The notes beneath the pieces were generated by a model. The model was given only the letters and a program-made list of their open reading frames with translations. It ran no database searches and was not told where the DNA came from. Position numbers and translations under genes: made by a program. 64,000 nucleotides of DNA. It comes from Enterobacteria phage RB18. This document shows positions 19,101 to 38,066 of this stretch, piece after piece. How positions within the stretch are numbered: the stretch's first letter is position 1; every line of letters begins with the position of its first letter. The stretch lies in the sequence record NC_054906.1; one strand, written 5' to 3'.

Positions 19101-19277
19101 AATTCAATGTTTCAAGGTCAATTGCCGTCTGAACGACGTAAATTAATGAGTCCTCTATTTGATGCATCTGGAACAACATTTGCGCAATTTAGAGATTTAG
19201 TTAATAAACGTCTAAAAGACAATATAGGAAATCCAAGAGACCCTGAAAATCCAACACAGGTTAAAATAGATGAATGA
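16179..19277 (+). CDS. 7: gp7 baseplate wedge initiator (1032 aa)
   Basis: Size and order match T4 gp7. Confidence 0.95.
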   Translation: MTVKAPSVTSLRISKLSANQVQVRWDDVGANFYYFVEIAETKTDSGEKLPSNQYRWINLGYTANNSFFFDDADPLTTYIIRVATAAQDFEQSDWIYTEEFETFATNAYTFQNMIEMQLANKFIQEKFTLNNSDYVNFNNDTIMAALMNESFQFSPSYVDVSSISNFIIGENEYHEIQGSIQQVCKDINRVYLMESEGILYLFERYQPVVKVSNDKGQTWKAVKLFNDRVGYPLSKTVYYQSANTTYVLGYDKIFYGRKSTDVRWSADDVRFSSQDITFAKLGDQLHLGFDVEIFATYATLPANVYRIAEAITCTDDYIYVVARDKVRYIKTSNAPIDSDPLSPTYSERLFEPDTMTITGNPKAVCYKMDSVGDKVFALIIGEVETLNANPRTSKIIDSADKGIYVLNHDTKTWKRVFGNTEEERRRIQPGYANMSTDGKLVSLSSSNFKFLSDNVVNDPETAAKYQLIGAVKYEFPREWLADKHYHMMAFIADEKSDWETFTPQPMKYYAEPFFNWSKKSNTRCWINNSDRAVVVYADLKYTKVIENIPETSPDRLVHEYWDDGDCTIVMPNVKFTGFKKYASGMLFYKASGEIISYYDFNYRVRDTVEIIWKPTEVFLKAFLQNQEHETPWSPEEERGLADPDLRPLIGTMMPDSYLLQDSNFEAFCEAYIQYLSDGYGTQYNNLRNLIRNQYPREEHAWEYLWSEIYKRNIYLNADKRDAVARFFESRSYDFYSTKGIEASYKFLFKVLYNEEVEIEIESGAGTEYDVIIQSDSLTEDLVGQTIYTATGRCNVTYIERSYSNGKLQWTVTIHNLLGRLIAGQEVKAERLPGFEGEIIRGVKGKDLLQNNIDYINRSRSYYVMKIKSNLPSSRWKSDVIRFVHPVGFGFIAITLLTMFINVGLTLKHTETIINKYKNYKWDSGLPTEYADRVAKLTPTGEIEHDSVTGEAIYEPGPMAGVKYPLSDDYNAENNNSMFQGQLPSERRKLMSPLFDASGTTFAQFRDLVNKRLKDNIGNPRDPENPTQVKIDE

Positions 19278-20274
19278 TTCAAGTGTTATCTATCGTGCGA
19301 TAGTTACTTCAAAATTTAGAACAGAAAAAATGTTGAATTTTTATAATTCAATTGGAAGTGGTCCGGATAAAAACACTATCTTTATCACATTTGGAAGATC
19401 AGAACCATGGTCATCAAATGAAAATGAGGCGGGCTTTGCCCCGCCTTATCCCACTGATTCTGTATTAGGTGTAACTGACATGTGGACGCATATGATGGGA
19501 ACAGTAAAGGTTCTTCCATCGATGCTCGATGCAGTTATTCCTCGTCGAGATTGGGGAGATACTAGATATCCGGATCCATACACGTTTAGAATTAATGATA
19601 TTGTAGTGTGTAACTCAGCTCCTTACAACGCTACTGAATCAGGCGCAGGCTGGTTAGTATATCGTTGTTTAGATGTTCCTGATACCGGAATGTGTTCAAT
19701 CGCATCTTTAACTGATAAGGATGAATGCCTTAAGTTAGGTGGAAAATGGACTCCTTCTGCTAGGTCAATGACTCCTCCTGAAGGTCGAGGAGATGCTGAA
19801 GGAACAATTGAACCTGGGGACGGATATGTTTGGGAATATCTATTTGAGATTCCGCCTGATGTATCTATAAATAGATGCACGAATGAATATATCGTGGTTC
19901 CTTGGCCTGAGGAATTAAAAGAAAATCCGACTAGATGGGGATATGAAGATAATCTCACTTGGCAACAAGATGATTTTGGATTAATTTACCGTGTTAAGGC
20001 AAATACTATCCGTTTTAAAGCATATTTAGATTCAGTTTATTTTCCTGAAGCTGCATTGCCGGGAAATAAAGGATTTAGACAAATATCAATAATCACGAAT
20101 CCTCTTGAAGCTAAAGCTCATCCAAATGACCCAAATGTTAAAGCTGAAAAGGATTATTATGATCCGGAAGATTTAATGAGGCATTCGGGCGAAATGATTT
20201 ATATGGAAAATAGGCCACCTATTATTATGGCAATGGATCAGACAGAAGAAATCAATATTCTGTTTACATTTTAA
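19270..20274 (+). CDS. 8: gp8 baseplate wedge protein (334 aa)
   Basis: Size and order match T4 gp8. Confidence 0.95.
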   Translation: MNDSSVIYRAIVTSKFRTEKMLNFYNSIGSGPDKNTIFITFGRSEPWSSNENEAGFAPPYPTDSVLGVTDMWTHMMGTVKVLPSMLDAVIPRRDWGDTRYPDPYTFRINDIVVCNSAPYNATESGAGWLVYRCLDVPDTGMCSIASLTDKDECLKLGGKWTPSARSMTPPEGRGDAEGTIEPGDGYVWEYLFEIPPDVSINRCTNEYIVVPWPEELKENPTRWGYEDNLTWQQDDFGLIYRVKANTIRFKAYLDSVYFPEAALPGNKGFRQISIITNPLEAKAHPNDPNVKAEKDYYDPEDLMRHSGEMIYMENRPPIIMAMDQTEEINILFTF

Positions 20275-20279
20275 ATTAA

Positions 20280-20305
20280 GGGAGCCCATGGGCTCCCTTT
20301 TTCTT
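20280..20305 (+). terminator. rho-independent terminator after gene 8
   Basis: Hairpin GGGAGCCCATGGGCTCCC followed by TTTTTCTT. Confidence 0.7.
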
Positions 20306-20313
20306 TATAAATA
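20306..20313 (+). promoter_or_regulatory. late promoter TATAAATA for gene 9
   Basis: Exact TATAAATA 25 nt upstream of the gene 9 ATG. Confidence 0.6.
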
Positions 20314-20337
20314 CTATAAACTCATAAGGAAACCGCT

Positions 20338-21204
20338 ATGTTCATTCAAGAACCAAAGAAATTGATTGATACCGGCGAAATTGGTAACGCTTCTACTGGT
20401 GATATCTTATTCGACGGTGGTAATAAAATTAATAGTGATTTTAACGCAATTTATAATGCGTTTGGCGATCAACGTAAAATGGCAGTAGCAAATGGCACTG
20501 GAGCAGATGGTCAAATTATCCATGCTACTGGATATTATCAAAAACACTCTATTACAGAGTACGCAACTCCAGTGAAAGTTGGCACTAGACATGATATTGA
20601 TACTTCTACCGTAGGCGTAAAAGTTATTATTGAAAGAGGAGAACTTGGTGATTGTGTTGAATTTATTAACTCTAATGGATCAATATCAGTTACTAATCCT
20701 TTAACTATTCAAGCCATTGATTCAATTAAAGGCGTTTCAGGTAATTTAGTAGTAACTAGCCCATATAGTAAAGTTACTTTACGCTGTATTTCATCTGATA
20801 ATTCTACGTCGGTTTGGAATTATTCTATTGAAAGCATGTTTGGACAAAAGGAATCACCAGCTGAAGGTACATGGAATATTTCTACATCTGGATCAGTTGA
20901 TATTCCACTATTTCATCGTACTGAATACAATATGGCTAAATTGCTAGTTACGTGCCAATCGGTAGATGGAAGAAAAATTAAAACAGCAGAAATAAATATT
21001 CTTGTGGATACTGTTAATTCAGAGGTAATTTCTTCTGAATATGCTGTCATGCGGGTTGGGAATGAAACCGAAGAAGACGAAATCGCTAATATTGCATTTA
21101 GTATTAAAGAAAATTATGTAACGGCGACTATAAGTTCTTCAACTGTCGGTATGAGAGCAGCAGTTAAAGTTATCGCTACGCAGAAAATCGGGGTGGCTCA
21201 ATAA
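20338..21204 (+). CDS. 9: gp9 baseplate wedge, long tail fibre attachment (288 aa)
   Basis: Size and order match T4 gp9. Confidence 0.95.
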   Translation: MFIQEPKKLIDTGEIGNASTGDILFDGGNKINSDFNAIYNAFGDQRKMAVANGTGADGQIIHATGYYQKHSITEYATPVKVGTRHDIDTSTVGVKVIIERGELGDCVEFINSNGSISVTNPLTIQAIDSIKGVSGNLVVTSPYSKVTLRCISSDNSTSVWNYSIESMFGQKESPAEGTWNISTSGSVDIPLFHRTEYNMAKLLVTCQSVDGRKIKTAEINILVDTVNSEVISSEYAVMRVGNETEEDEIANIAFSIKENYVTATISSSTVGMRAAVKVIATQKIGVAQ

Positions 21205-23012
21205 TGAAACAAAATATTAATATCGGTAATGTTGTAGATGATGGTACCGGTGACTACCTGCGTAAAGGTGGTATAAAAATAAATGAAAACTTTGATGAGC
21301 TTTATTATGAACTCGGTGATGGTGATGTTCCATATTCAGCCGGTGCCTGGAAAACTTATAATGCTTCATCAGGACAAACATTAAAAGCTGAATGGGGAAA
21401 ATCATACGCTATTAATACATCTTCTGGAAGAGTGACTATAAATCTTCCAAAGGGTACAGTTAATGATTACAACAAGGTAATTAGAGCTAGAGACGTATTT
21501 GCTACATGGAACGTCAACCCAGTTACACTAGTAGCTGCTTCCGGCGATACGATTAAAGGGTCTGCAGTACCAGTTGAAATTAATGTTCAATTCAGCGATT
21601 TAGAACTAGTGTATTGTGCCCCAGGACGTTGGGAATATGTCAAAAATAAACAAATTGACAAAATTACCAGTTCAGACATTAGTAATGTAGCTCGCAAAGA
21701 ATTTTTAGTTGAAGTTCAAGGACAAACGGACTTTTTAGATGTTTTCCGTGGAACTAGTTATAATGTAAATAACATCAGAGTAAAACATCGCGGTAACGAA
21801 TTGTATTACGGTGATGTGTTTAGCGAAAACAGCGATTTTGGCTCTCCGGGCGAAAATGAAGGAGAACTAGTTCCTCTTGATGGATTTAATATTCGATTAA
21901 GACAGCCTTGTAATATTGGTGACACTGTTCAAATTGAAACATTTATGGATGGTGTATCGCAGTGGAGAAGTTCATATACAAGACGTCAAATTAGATTGTT
22001 AGATTCAAAATTAACGTCAAAAACTTCTTTAGAAGGAAGCATTTACGTTACTGATTTATCAACAATGAAATCAATTCCATTTTCTGCTTTTGGATTAATT
22101 CCAGGAGAACCTATTAATCCTAACTCTCTTGAGGTTCGTTTTAACGGGATTTTGCAGGAATTGGCTGGCACAGTTGGAATGCCATTATTTCATTGTGTTG
22201 GTGCCGATTCAGACGATGAAGTAGAATGCTCTGTTTTAGGTGGAATTTGGGAACAATCTCATACCGATTATTCAGTTGAAACTGATGAAAACGGCATACC
22301 GGAAATTTTACATTTCGATAGAGTATTTGAGCATGGTGACATTATCAATATCACCTGGTTTAATAATGATTTGGGTACATTATTAACAAAAGATGAGATT
22401 ATTGATGAAACTGATAATCTCTATGTATCGCAAGGACCGGGAGTAGATATTTCTGGTGATGTAAATTTAACAGACTTCGATAAAATTGGTTGGCCAAATG
22501 TAGAAGCAGTTCAATCTTATCAACGCGAATTTAATGCTGTTTCAAATATTTTCGATACGATTTATCCTATTGGAACTATATATGAAAACGCTGTTAATCC
22601 AAACAACCCTGTTACATATATGGGATTCGGCTCATGGAAATTATTTGGGCAAGGAAAAGTTTTAGTTGGATGGAATGAAGATATTTCGGACCCTAACTTT
22701 GCTCTAAATAACAACGATTTAGATTCGGGTGGAAATCCTTCACATACTGCAGGTGGAACAGGTGGTTCTACTTCTGTTACATTGGAAAATGCTAATCTTC
22801 CTGCAACTGAAACAGATGAAGAAGTTCTAATAGTTGATGAAAATGGATCAGTCATTGTTGGTGGGTGTCAATACGATCCAGATGAATCCGGTCCAATCTA
22901 CACTAAATACCGTGAAGCTAAAGCATCTACTAACTCTACTCACACTCCGCCAACATCAATAACTAACATTCAACCATATATTACAGTTTATCGTTGGATA
23001 AGGATTGCATAA
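21204..23012 (+). CDS. 10: gp10 baseplate wedge / tail pin (602 aa)
   Basis: Size and order match T4 gp10; TAATG overlap with gene 11. Confidence 0.95.
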   Translation: MKQNINIGNVVDDGTGDYLRKGGIKINENFDELYYELGDGDVPYSAGAWKTYNASSGQTLKAEWGKSYAINTSSGRVTINLPKGTVNDYNKVIRARDVFATWNVNPVTLVAASGDTIKGSAVPVEINVQFSDLELVYCAPGRWEYVKNKQIDKITSSDISNVARKEFLVEVQGQTDFLDVFRGTSYNVNNIRVKHRGNELYYGDVFSENSDFGSPGENEGELVPLDGFNIRLRQPCNIGDTVQIETFMDGVSQWRSSYTRRQIRLLDSKLTSKTSLEGSIYVTDLSTMKSIPFSAFGLIPGEPINPNSLEVRFNGILQELAGTVGMPLFHCVGADSDDEVECSVLGGIWEQSHTDYSVETDENGIPEILHFDRVFEHGDIINITWFNNDLGTLLTKDEIIDETDNLYVSQGPGVDISGDVNLTDFDKIGWPNVEAVQSYQREFNAVSNIFDTIYPIGTIYENAVNPNNPVTYMGFGSWKLFGQGKVLVGWNEDISDPNFALNNNDLDSGGNPSHTAGGTGGSTSVTLENANLPATETDEEVLIVDENGSVIVGGCQYDPDESGPIYTKYREAKASTNSTHTPPTSITNIQPYITVYRWIRIA

Positions 23013-23667
23013 TGAGTTTACTTAATAATAAAGCGGGAGTTATTTCCCGCTTAGCCGATTTTCTTGGTTTTAGACCCAAAGCTGGTAATATAGACGTAAT
23101 GAATCGTCAATCAGTTGGGTCAGTGACAATTTCTCAATTAGCGAAAGGATTTTATGAACCAAACGTAGAATCAGCTATTAATGACGTTCATAATTTTTCT
23201 ATAAAAGACGTTGGTACAATTATTACTAATAAAACTGGTGTTTCTCCTGAGGGTGTTTCTCAAACTGATTATTGGGCATTTTCTGGAACTGTAACAGACG
23301 ATTCTCTTCCTCCGGGTTCTCCTGTTACGGTATTAGTATTTGGTCTTCCAGTTTCAGCAACAACTGGAATGACGGCAATTGAGTTTGTTGCAAAAGTTCG
23401 TGTTGCCCTTCAAGAAGCTATTGCGTCATTTACTGCTATCAACTCATATAAAGACCATCCAACAGATGGTAGTAAATTAGAAGTTACTTATTTAGATAAT
23501 CAAAAACATGTATTAAGCACATATTCTACATATGGAATAACTATTTCGCAGGAAATTATTTCTGAGTCTAAACCTGGCTACGGTACATGGAATTTATTAG
23601 GCGCACAAACTGTAACTTTAGATAATCAGCAGACTCCTACAGTATTTTATCATTTTGAGAGAACAGC

Positions 23668-23671
<4 letters not shown>
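23012..23671 (+). CDS. 11: gp11 baseplate wedge, short tail fibre attachment (219 aa)
   Basis: Start refined to ATG at 23012 ([20 protein letters not shown]...); track ORF begins upstream at a non-ATG codon. Confidence 0.9.
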
Positions 23672-26711
<3,040 letters not shown>

Positions 26712-26742
26712 CATGGGGCCGCAAGGCCCCAAAGGATTTTAA

Positions 26743-28444
<1,702 letters not shown>

Positions 28445-28485
28445 TAAATATTATAAACTAATTAAAGCCCAGATTAGGAGAAATC

Positions 28486-31626
<3,141 letters not shown>

Positions 31627-31654
31627 TATTAAAGCATATTAAAGAGGATTAAAA

Positions 31655-33634
31655 ATGACTTTATTATCTCCGGGCATTGAGCTCAAAGAAACTACGGTTC
31701 AAAGCACCGTGGTTAATAACTCTACTGGTACAGCAGCTTTGGCCGGTAAATTCCAGTGGGGTCCTGCTTTTCAGATTAAACAGGTTACAAATGAAGTAGA
31801 TTTAGTTAATACTTTTGGTCAACCAACCGCTGAAACTGCTGACTATTTTATGTCTGCGATGAATTTCTTGCAGTACGGAAATGATTTACGAGTAGTTCGT
31901 GCTGTTGATAGAGATACCGCTAAAAACTCATCACCAATTGCTGGTAATATTGAATACACAATTTCTACCCCAGGTAGTAACTATGCAGTTGGAGATAAAA
32001 TCACGGTCAAATATGTTTCAGATGATATTGAAACTGAAGGTAAAATTACTGAAGTAGACGCAGATGGAAAAATTAAGAAAATTAATATTCCTACTGCAAA
32101 AATTATCGCTAAAGCTAAAGAAGTCGGTGAATACCCAACATTAGGTTCTAACTGGACTGCAGAAATTTCTTCGTCTTCCTCTGGTTTAGCCGCAGTAATA
32201 ACTCTTGGAAAAATTATTACTGATTCTGGTATTTTATTAGCTGAAATTGAAAATGCTGAAGCTGCTATGACAGCGGTTGACTTTCAAGCAAATCTCGAAA
32301 AATACGGAATTCCAGGAGTAGTAGCTCTTTATCCAGGCGAATTAGGCGATAAAATTGAAATTGAAATCGTATCTAAAGCTGACTATGCAAAAGGAGCTTC
32401 TGCATTACTCCCAATTTATCCAGGTGGTGGTACTCGTGCATCTACTGCTAAAGCAGTGTTTGGATATGGACCACAAACTGATTCACAGTACGCTATTATA
32501 GTTCGTCGTAATGATGCTATTGTTCAGAGTGTTGTTCTTTCAACTAAGCGTGGTGAAAAAGATATTTACGATAGTAACATCTATATCGATGACTTTTTCG
32601 CAAAAGGTGGTTCAGAATATATTTTTGCAACTGCACAAAACTGGCCAGAAGGCTTCTCTGGAATTTTAACTCTGTCTGGTGGATTATCATCAAATGCTGA
32701 AGTAACAGCAGGAGATTTGATGGAAGCTTGGGACTTCTTTGCTGACCGCGAATCTGTTGACGTTCAACTGTTTATTGCGGGTTCTTGTGCCGGTGAATCT
32801 TTAGAAACAGCATCTACTGTCCAAAAACACGTCGTTTCAATTGGGGATGCTCGTCAAGATTGCTTAGTATTGTGCTCACCACCACGTGAAACTGTAGTTG
32901 GAATTCCTGTAACTCGTGCTGTTGATAACTTAGTCAATTGGAGAACTGCAGCAGGTTCATACACTGATAATAACTTTAATATCAGTTCAACCTATGCAGC
33001 AATCGATGGCAACTACAAATATCAGTATGACAAATATAATGATGTGAATCGTTGGGTTCCATTAGCAGCTGATATTGCTGGTTTATGCGCGAGAACCGAT
33101 AACGTTTCTCAGACTTGGATGTCTCCAGCTGGTTATAATCGTGGCCAGATTCTTAACGTTATTAAACTTGCTATTGAAACTCGCCAGGCTCAGCGCGACC
33201 GTTTATACCAAGAAGCTATCAACCCGGTAACTGGTACAGGTGGTGATGGTTACGTATTGTATGGTGATAAAACAGCTACTTCTGTTCCTTCTCCGTTTGA
33301 TCGTATTAACGTTCGTCGTCTGTTTAATATGTTGAAAACGAACATCGGACGTAGTTCAAAATATCGTTTGTTCGAATTAAACAATGCGTTTACTCGTTCA
33401 TCATTCCGCACAGAAACTGCCCAGTACTTGCAGGGAATTAAAGCTCTCGGTGGAATTTATGAATATCGTGTAGTTTGCGATACAACAAATAACACTCCGT
33501 CAGTAATTGATAGAAATGAGTTTGTTGCAACATTCTACATCCAACCTGCTAGAAGCATTAACTACATTACCTTAAACTTCGTAGCAACTGCTACTGGTGC
33601 AGACTTCGATGAGTTAACTGGTCTTGCAGGTTAA
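31655..33634 (+). CDS. 18: gp18 tail sheath protein (659 aa)
   Basis: Size and order match T4 gp18. Confidence 0.97.
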   Translation: MTLLSPGIELKETTVQSTVVNNSTGTAALAGKFQWGPAFQIKQVTNEVDLVNTFGQPTAETADYFMSAMNFLQYGNDLRVVRAVDRDTAKNSSPIAGNIEYTISTPGSNYAVGDKITVKYVSDDIETEGKITEVDADGKIKKINIPTAKIIAKAKEVGEYPTLGSNWTAEISSSSSGLAAVITLGKIITDSGILLAEIENAEAAMTAVDFQANLEKYGIPGVVALYPGELGDKIEIEIVSKADYAKGASALLPIYPGGGTRASTAKAVFGYGPQTDSQYAIIVRRNDAIVQSVVLSTKRGEKDIYDSNIYIDDFFAKGGSEYIFATAQNWPEGFSGILTLSGGLSSNAEVTAGDLMEAWDFFADRESVDVQLFIAGSCAGESLETASTVQKHVVSIGDARQDCLVLCSPPRETVVGIPVTRAVDNLVNWRTAAGSYTDNNFNISSTYAAIDGNYKYQYDKYNDVNRWVPLAADIAGLCARTDNVSQTWMSPAGYNRGQILNVIKLAIETRQAQRDRLYQEAINPVTGTGGDGYVLYGDKTATSVPSPFDRINVRRLFNMLKTNIGRSSKYRLFELNNAFTRSSFRTETAQYLQGIKALGGIYEYRVVCDTTNNTPSVIDRNEFVATFYIQPARSINYITLNFVATATGADFDELTGLAG

Positions 33635-33650
33635 TACGGTGCATTCTAAA

Positions 33651-33668
33651 GGCCTGTTTCGGCAGGCC
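33651..33668 (+). terminator. hairpin GGCCTGTTTCGGCAGGCC after gene 18 (attenuator/terminator)
   Basis: 6-bp GC stem with 6-nt loop directly abutting a TATAAATA element. Confidence 0.45.
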
Positions 33669-33669
33669 A

Positions 33670-33677
33670 TATAAATA
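33670..33677 (+). promoter_or_regulatory. late promoter TATAAATA (first of two upstream of gene 19)
   Basis: Exact TATAAATA. Confidence 0.5.
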
Positions 33678-33728
33678 CACTATATCCTTAATTCTTTAAT
33701 TCTATATGCCCTAGGTTAAACATAGGGA

Positions 33729-33736
33729 TATAAATA
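33729..33736 (+). promoter_or_regulatory. late promoter TATAAATA (second, proximal to gene 19)
   Basis: Exact TATAAATA 15 nt upstream of the gene 19 ATG, preceded by hairpin CCCTAGG-TTAAACA-TAGGG. Confidence 0.55.
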
Positions 33737-33750
33737 CTACAGAGGCTAAT

Positions 33751-34242
33751 ATGTTTGTAGATGATGTAACACGAGCGTTTGAATCTGGTGATTTTGCTCG
33801 ACCTAACTTATTCCAAGTAGAAATTTCTTATCTTGGACAAAATTTTACGTTTCAATGTAAAGCCACTGCTTTACCAGCTGGTATTGTAGAAAAAATTCCA
33901 GTCGGATTTATGAACCGTAAAATTAACGTAGCAGGCGATCGTACATTCGATGACTGGACTGTTACAGTAATGAACGATGAAGCTCATGATGCTCGCCAGA
34001 AGTTCGTTGATTGGCAAAGCATTGCTGCGGGACAAGGAAACGAAATTACTGGTGGAAAACCTGCAGAGTATAAAAAGAGCGCTATCGTTCGTCAATATGC
34101 TCGTGACGCTAAAACAGTAACAAAAGAAATTGAAATTAAAGGTCTGTGGCCTACTAACGTGGGTGAACTTCAATTAGATTGGGATTCAAACAATGAAATC
34201 CAAACATTTGAAGTAACTCTTGCTCTCGATTATTGGGAATAA
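33751..34242 (+). CDS. 19: gp19 tail tube protein (163 aa)
   Basis: Size and order match T4 gp19. Confidence 0.97.
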   Translation: MFVDDVTRAFESGDFARPNLFQVEISYLGQNFTFQCKATALPAGIVEKIPVGFMNRKINVAGDRTFDDWTVTVMNDEAHDARQKFVDWQSIAAGQGNEITGGKPAEYKKSAIVRQYARDAKTVTKEIEIKGLWPTNVGELQLDWDSNNEIQTFEVTLALDYWE

Positions 34243-34274
34243 AATGAATGGGGAGAAATCCCCATCCTGCTTAA

Positions 34275-35899
<1,625 letters not shown>

Positions 35900-35900
<1 letters not shown>

Positions 35901-36145
35901 TGGAAGGTTTAATTGAAGCTATTAAATCAAACGACCTCGTAGCCGCTCGTAAATTATTTGCTGAAGCCATGGCTGCAAGAACGATTGATTTAATTAAAGA
36001 AGAAAAAATCGCTATCGCTCGTAATTTCTTAATCGAAGGTGAAGAACCTGATGACGAGGATGATGACGAAGACGAAGACGAAGATAGTGATGATAAAGAC
36101 GACAAAAAAGACAAAGACTCTGACGAAGACGAGGATGATGAATAA
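35900..36145 (+). CDS. 67: gp67 prohead core protein with poly-acidic C-terminus (81 aa)
   Basis: Small protein ending in [34 protein letters not shown]; position between 20 and 68. Confidence 0.9.
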
Positions 36146-36570
36146 TGCTTCTGATCCCTGAAACTCATGAATTAGTTCTCGAGAATGTCGAAGCACTTAT
36201 TCCTGAAGCACAGGGTCGCTTTGACGAATTGTCTTCTGCTTTAAATAAAGACGATATAAATACAATTGTCGAGAATATGCTTGATGATGAAACTGATTTA
36301 GCGGTTGCATTAGCTTCTATTAATGAAAATATGCCGTTAAATGAATTTATCGTTAAACATGTTTCCGCCCGTGGTGAAATTACTCGCACTAAAGACCGCA
36401 AAACGCGTGAACGTAATGCATTTCAAACCACTGGGCTGTCTAAAGCAAAACGTAGACAAATTGCTCGTAAAGCTACCAAAACGAAGATTGCCAATCCAGC
36501 AGGTCAATCTCGTGCTCAGCGTAAGCGTAAAAAAGCTCTTAAACGCCGTAAAGCATTAGGATTAAGCTAA
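36145..36570 (+). CDS. 68: gp68 prohead core protein (141 aa)
   Basis: Size and order match T4 gp68; basic C-terminus. Confidence 0.9.
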
Positions 36571-37208
36571 TGAATGAACCCCAATTACTAATTGAAACTT
36601 GGGGTCAACCTGGCGAAATTATTGATGGCGTACCAATGCTTGAATCTCATGATGGAAAAGACTTAGGTTTAAAACCGGGTTTATACATCGAAGGAATATT
36701 CATGCAAGCGGAAGTTGTCAATAGAAATAAACGTCTTTATCCAAAACGTATATTAGAAAAAGCGGTAAAAGACTATATTAATGAGCAAGTTTTAACTAAA
36801 CAAGCTCTCGGAGAATTAAATCATCCTCCACGCGCTAATGTTGACCCGATGCAAGCCGCTATCATTATAGAAGATATGTGGTGGAAAGGAAATGACGTAT
36901 ACGGACGAGCTCGTGTTATTGAAGGTGACCATGGTCCTGGAGATAAATTAGCAGCTAATATTCGTGCCGGATGGATTCCAGGAGTTTCTTCTCGTGGATT
37001 AGGTTCATTGACTGACACAAATAAAGGTTATCGTATCGTAAACGAAGGATTCAAATTAACTGTAGGTGTTGATGCAGTATGGGGTCCAAGTGCTCCAGAT
37101 GCATGGGTAACTCCTAAGGAAATTACCGAATCACAGACGGCGGAAGCCGATACAAGTGCCGATGACGCCTATATGGCTCTCGCAGAGGCCATGAAAAAAG
37201 CGTTATAA
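36570..37208 (+). CDS. 21: gp21 prohead core scaffold and protease (212 aa)
   Basis: Size and order match T4 gp21. Confidence 0.95.
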   Translation: MNEPQLLIETWGQPGEIIDGVPMLESHDGKDLGLKPGLYIEGIFMQAEVVNRNKRLYPKRILEKAVKDYINEQVLTKQALGELNHPPRANVDPMQAAIIIEDMWWKGNDVYGRARVIEGDHGPGDKLAANIRAGWIPGVSSRGLGSLTDTNKGYRIVNEGFKLTVGVDAVWGPSAPDAWVTPKEITESQTAEADTSADDAYMALAEAMKKAL

Positions 37209-37211
37209 ATA
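37204..37211 (+). promoter_or_regulatory. late promoter TATAAATA for gene 22 (overlaps gene 21 stop)
   Basis: Exact TATAAATA 28 nt upstream of the gene 22 ATG. Confidence 0.6.
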
Positions 37212-37238
37212 TTATTATCTAAACAACAGGACTACAAA

Positions 37239-38048
37239 ATGCTTAAAGAACAACTGATTGCCGAAGCGCAGAAAATTGATGCTTCCGTTGCTCTTGATAG
37301 TATTTTCGAATCAGTTAATATTTCTCCGGAAGCAAAAGAAACTTTCGGCACTGTATTCGAAGCTACCGTCAAGCAGCACGCCGTTAAATTAGCTGAATCT
37401 CATATCGCTAAAATTGCTGAAAAAGCAGAAGAAGAAGTAGAAAAAAATAAAGAAGAAGCCGAAGAAAAAGCTGAGAAGAAAATCGCTGAGCAAGCTTCTA
37501 AATTCATTGACCATCTTGCGAAAGAATGGCTCGCTGAAAATAAATTAGCAGTTGATAAAGGCATCAAAGCCGAACTGTTTGAATCCATGCTTGGTGGATT
37601 AAAAGAGCTCTTTGTTGAACACAACGTTGTTGTTCCAGAAGAATCAGTTGATGTTGTAGCTGAAATGGAAGAAGAGCTGCAAGAACATAAAGAAGAATCA
37701 GCTCGTCTGTTCGAAGAACTCAATAAGCGTGACGCATATATCAATTATGTGCAGCGTGAAGTGGCATTGAGCGAAAGTACTAAAGATCTGACTGAGTCTC
37801 AAAAAGAAAAAGTCTCTGCTCTGGTCGAAGGTATGGATTATTCAGATGCATTCTCAAGTAAATTGAGTGCAATCGTAGAAATGGTGAAGAAATCTAATAA
37901 AGATGAAAGCACTATTACTGAGAGTATAAATACTCCTGATACTGAAGCAGCCGGACTGAATTTCGTCACTGAAGCTGTAGAAGATAAAGCTGCACAGGGT
38001 GCAGAAGATATTGTAAGTGTATATGCGAAAGTCGCATCTCGTTTCTAA
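37239..38048 (+). CDS. 22: gp22 major prohead scaffolding core protein (269 aa)
   Basis: Glu/Lys-rich helical protein; size equals T4 gp22. Confidence 0.95.
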   Translation: MLKEQLIAEAQKIDASVALDSIFESVNISPEAKETFGTVFEATVKQHAVKLAESHIAKIAEKAEEEVEKNKEEAEEKAEKKIAEQASKFIDHLAKEWLAENKLAVDKGIKAELFESMLGGLKELFVEHNVVVPEESVDVVAEMEEELQEHKEESARLFEELNKRDAYINYVQREVALSESTKDLTESQKEKVSALVEGMDYSDAFSSKLSAIVEMVKKSNKDESTITESINTPDTEAAGLNFVTEAVEDKAAQGAEDIVSVYAKVASRF

Positions 38049-38066
38049 TTTTAAAGGTTAACACAA

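Noticed and set aside
33651-33750. Possible small ORF or riboswitch in the 116-bp gene 18-19 intergenic region
   Set aside because: The region is fully accounted for by two hairpins and two TATAAATA late promoters; no ORF with a ribosome-binding site.
37400-37744. 114-aa Ser-rich minus-strand ORF
   Set aside because: Antisense to the Glu/Lys-rich scaffold gene 22; a composition-driven artefact.
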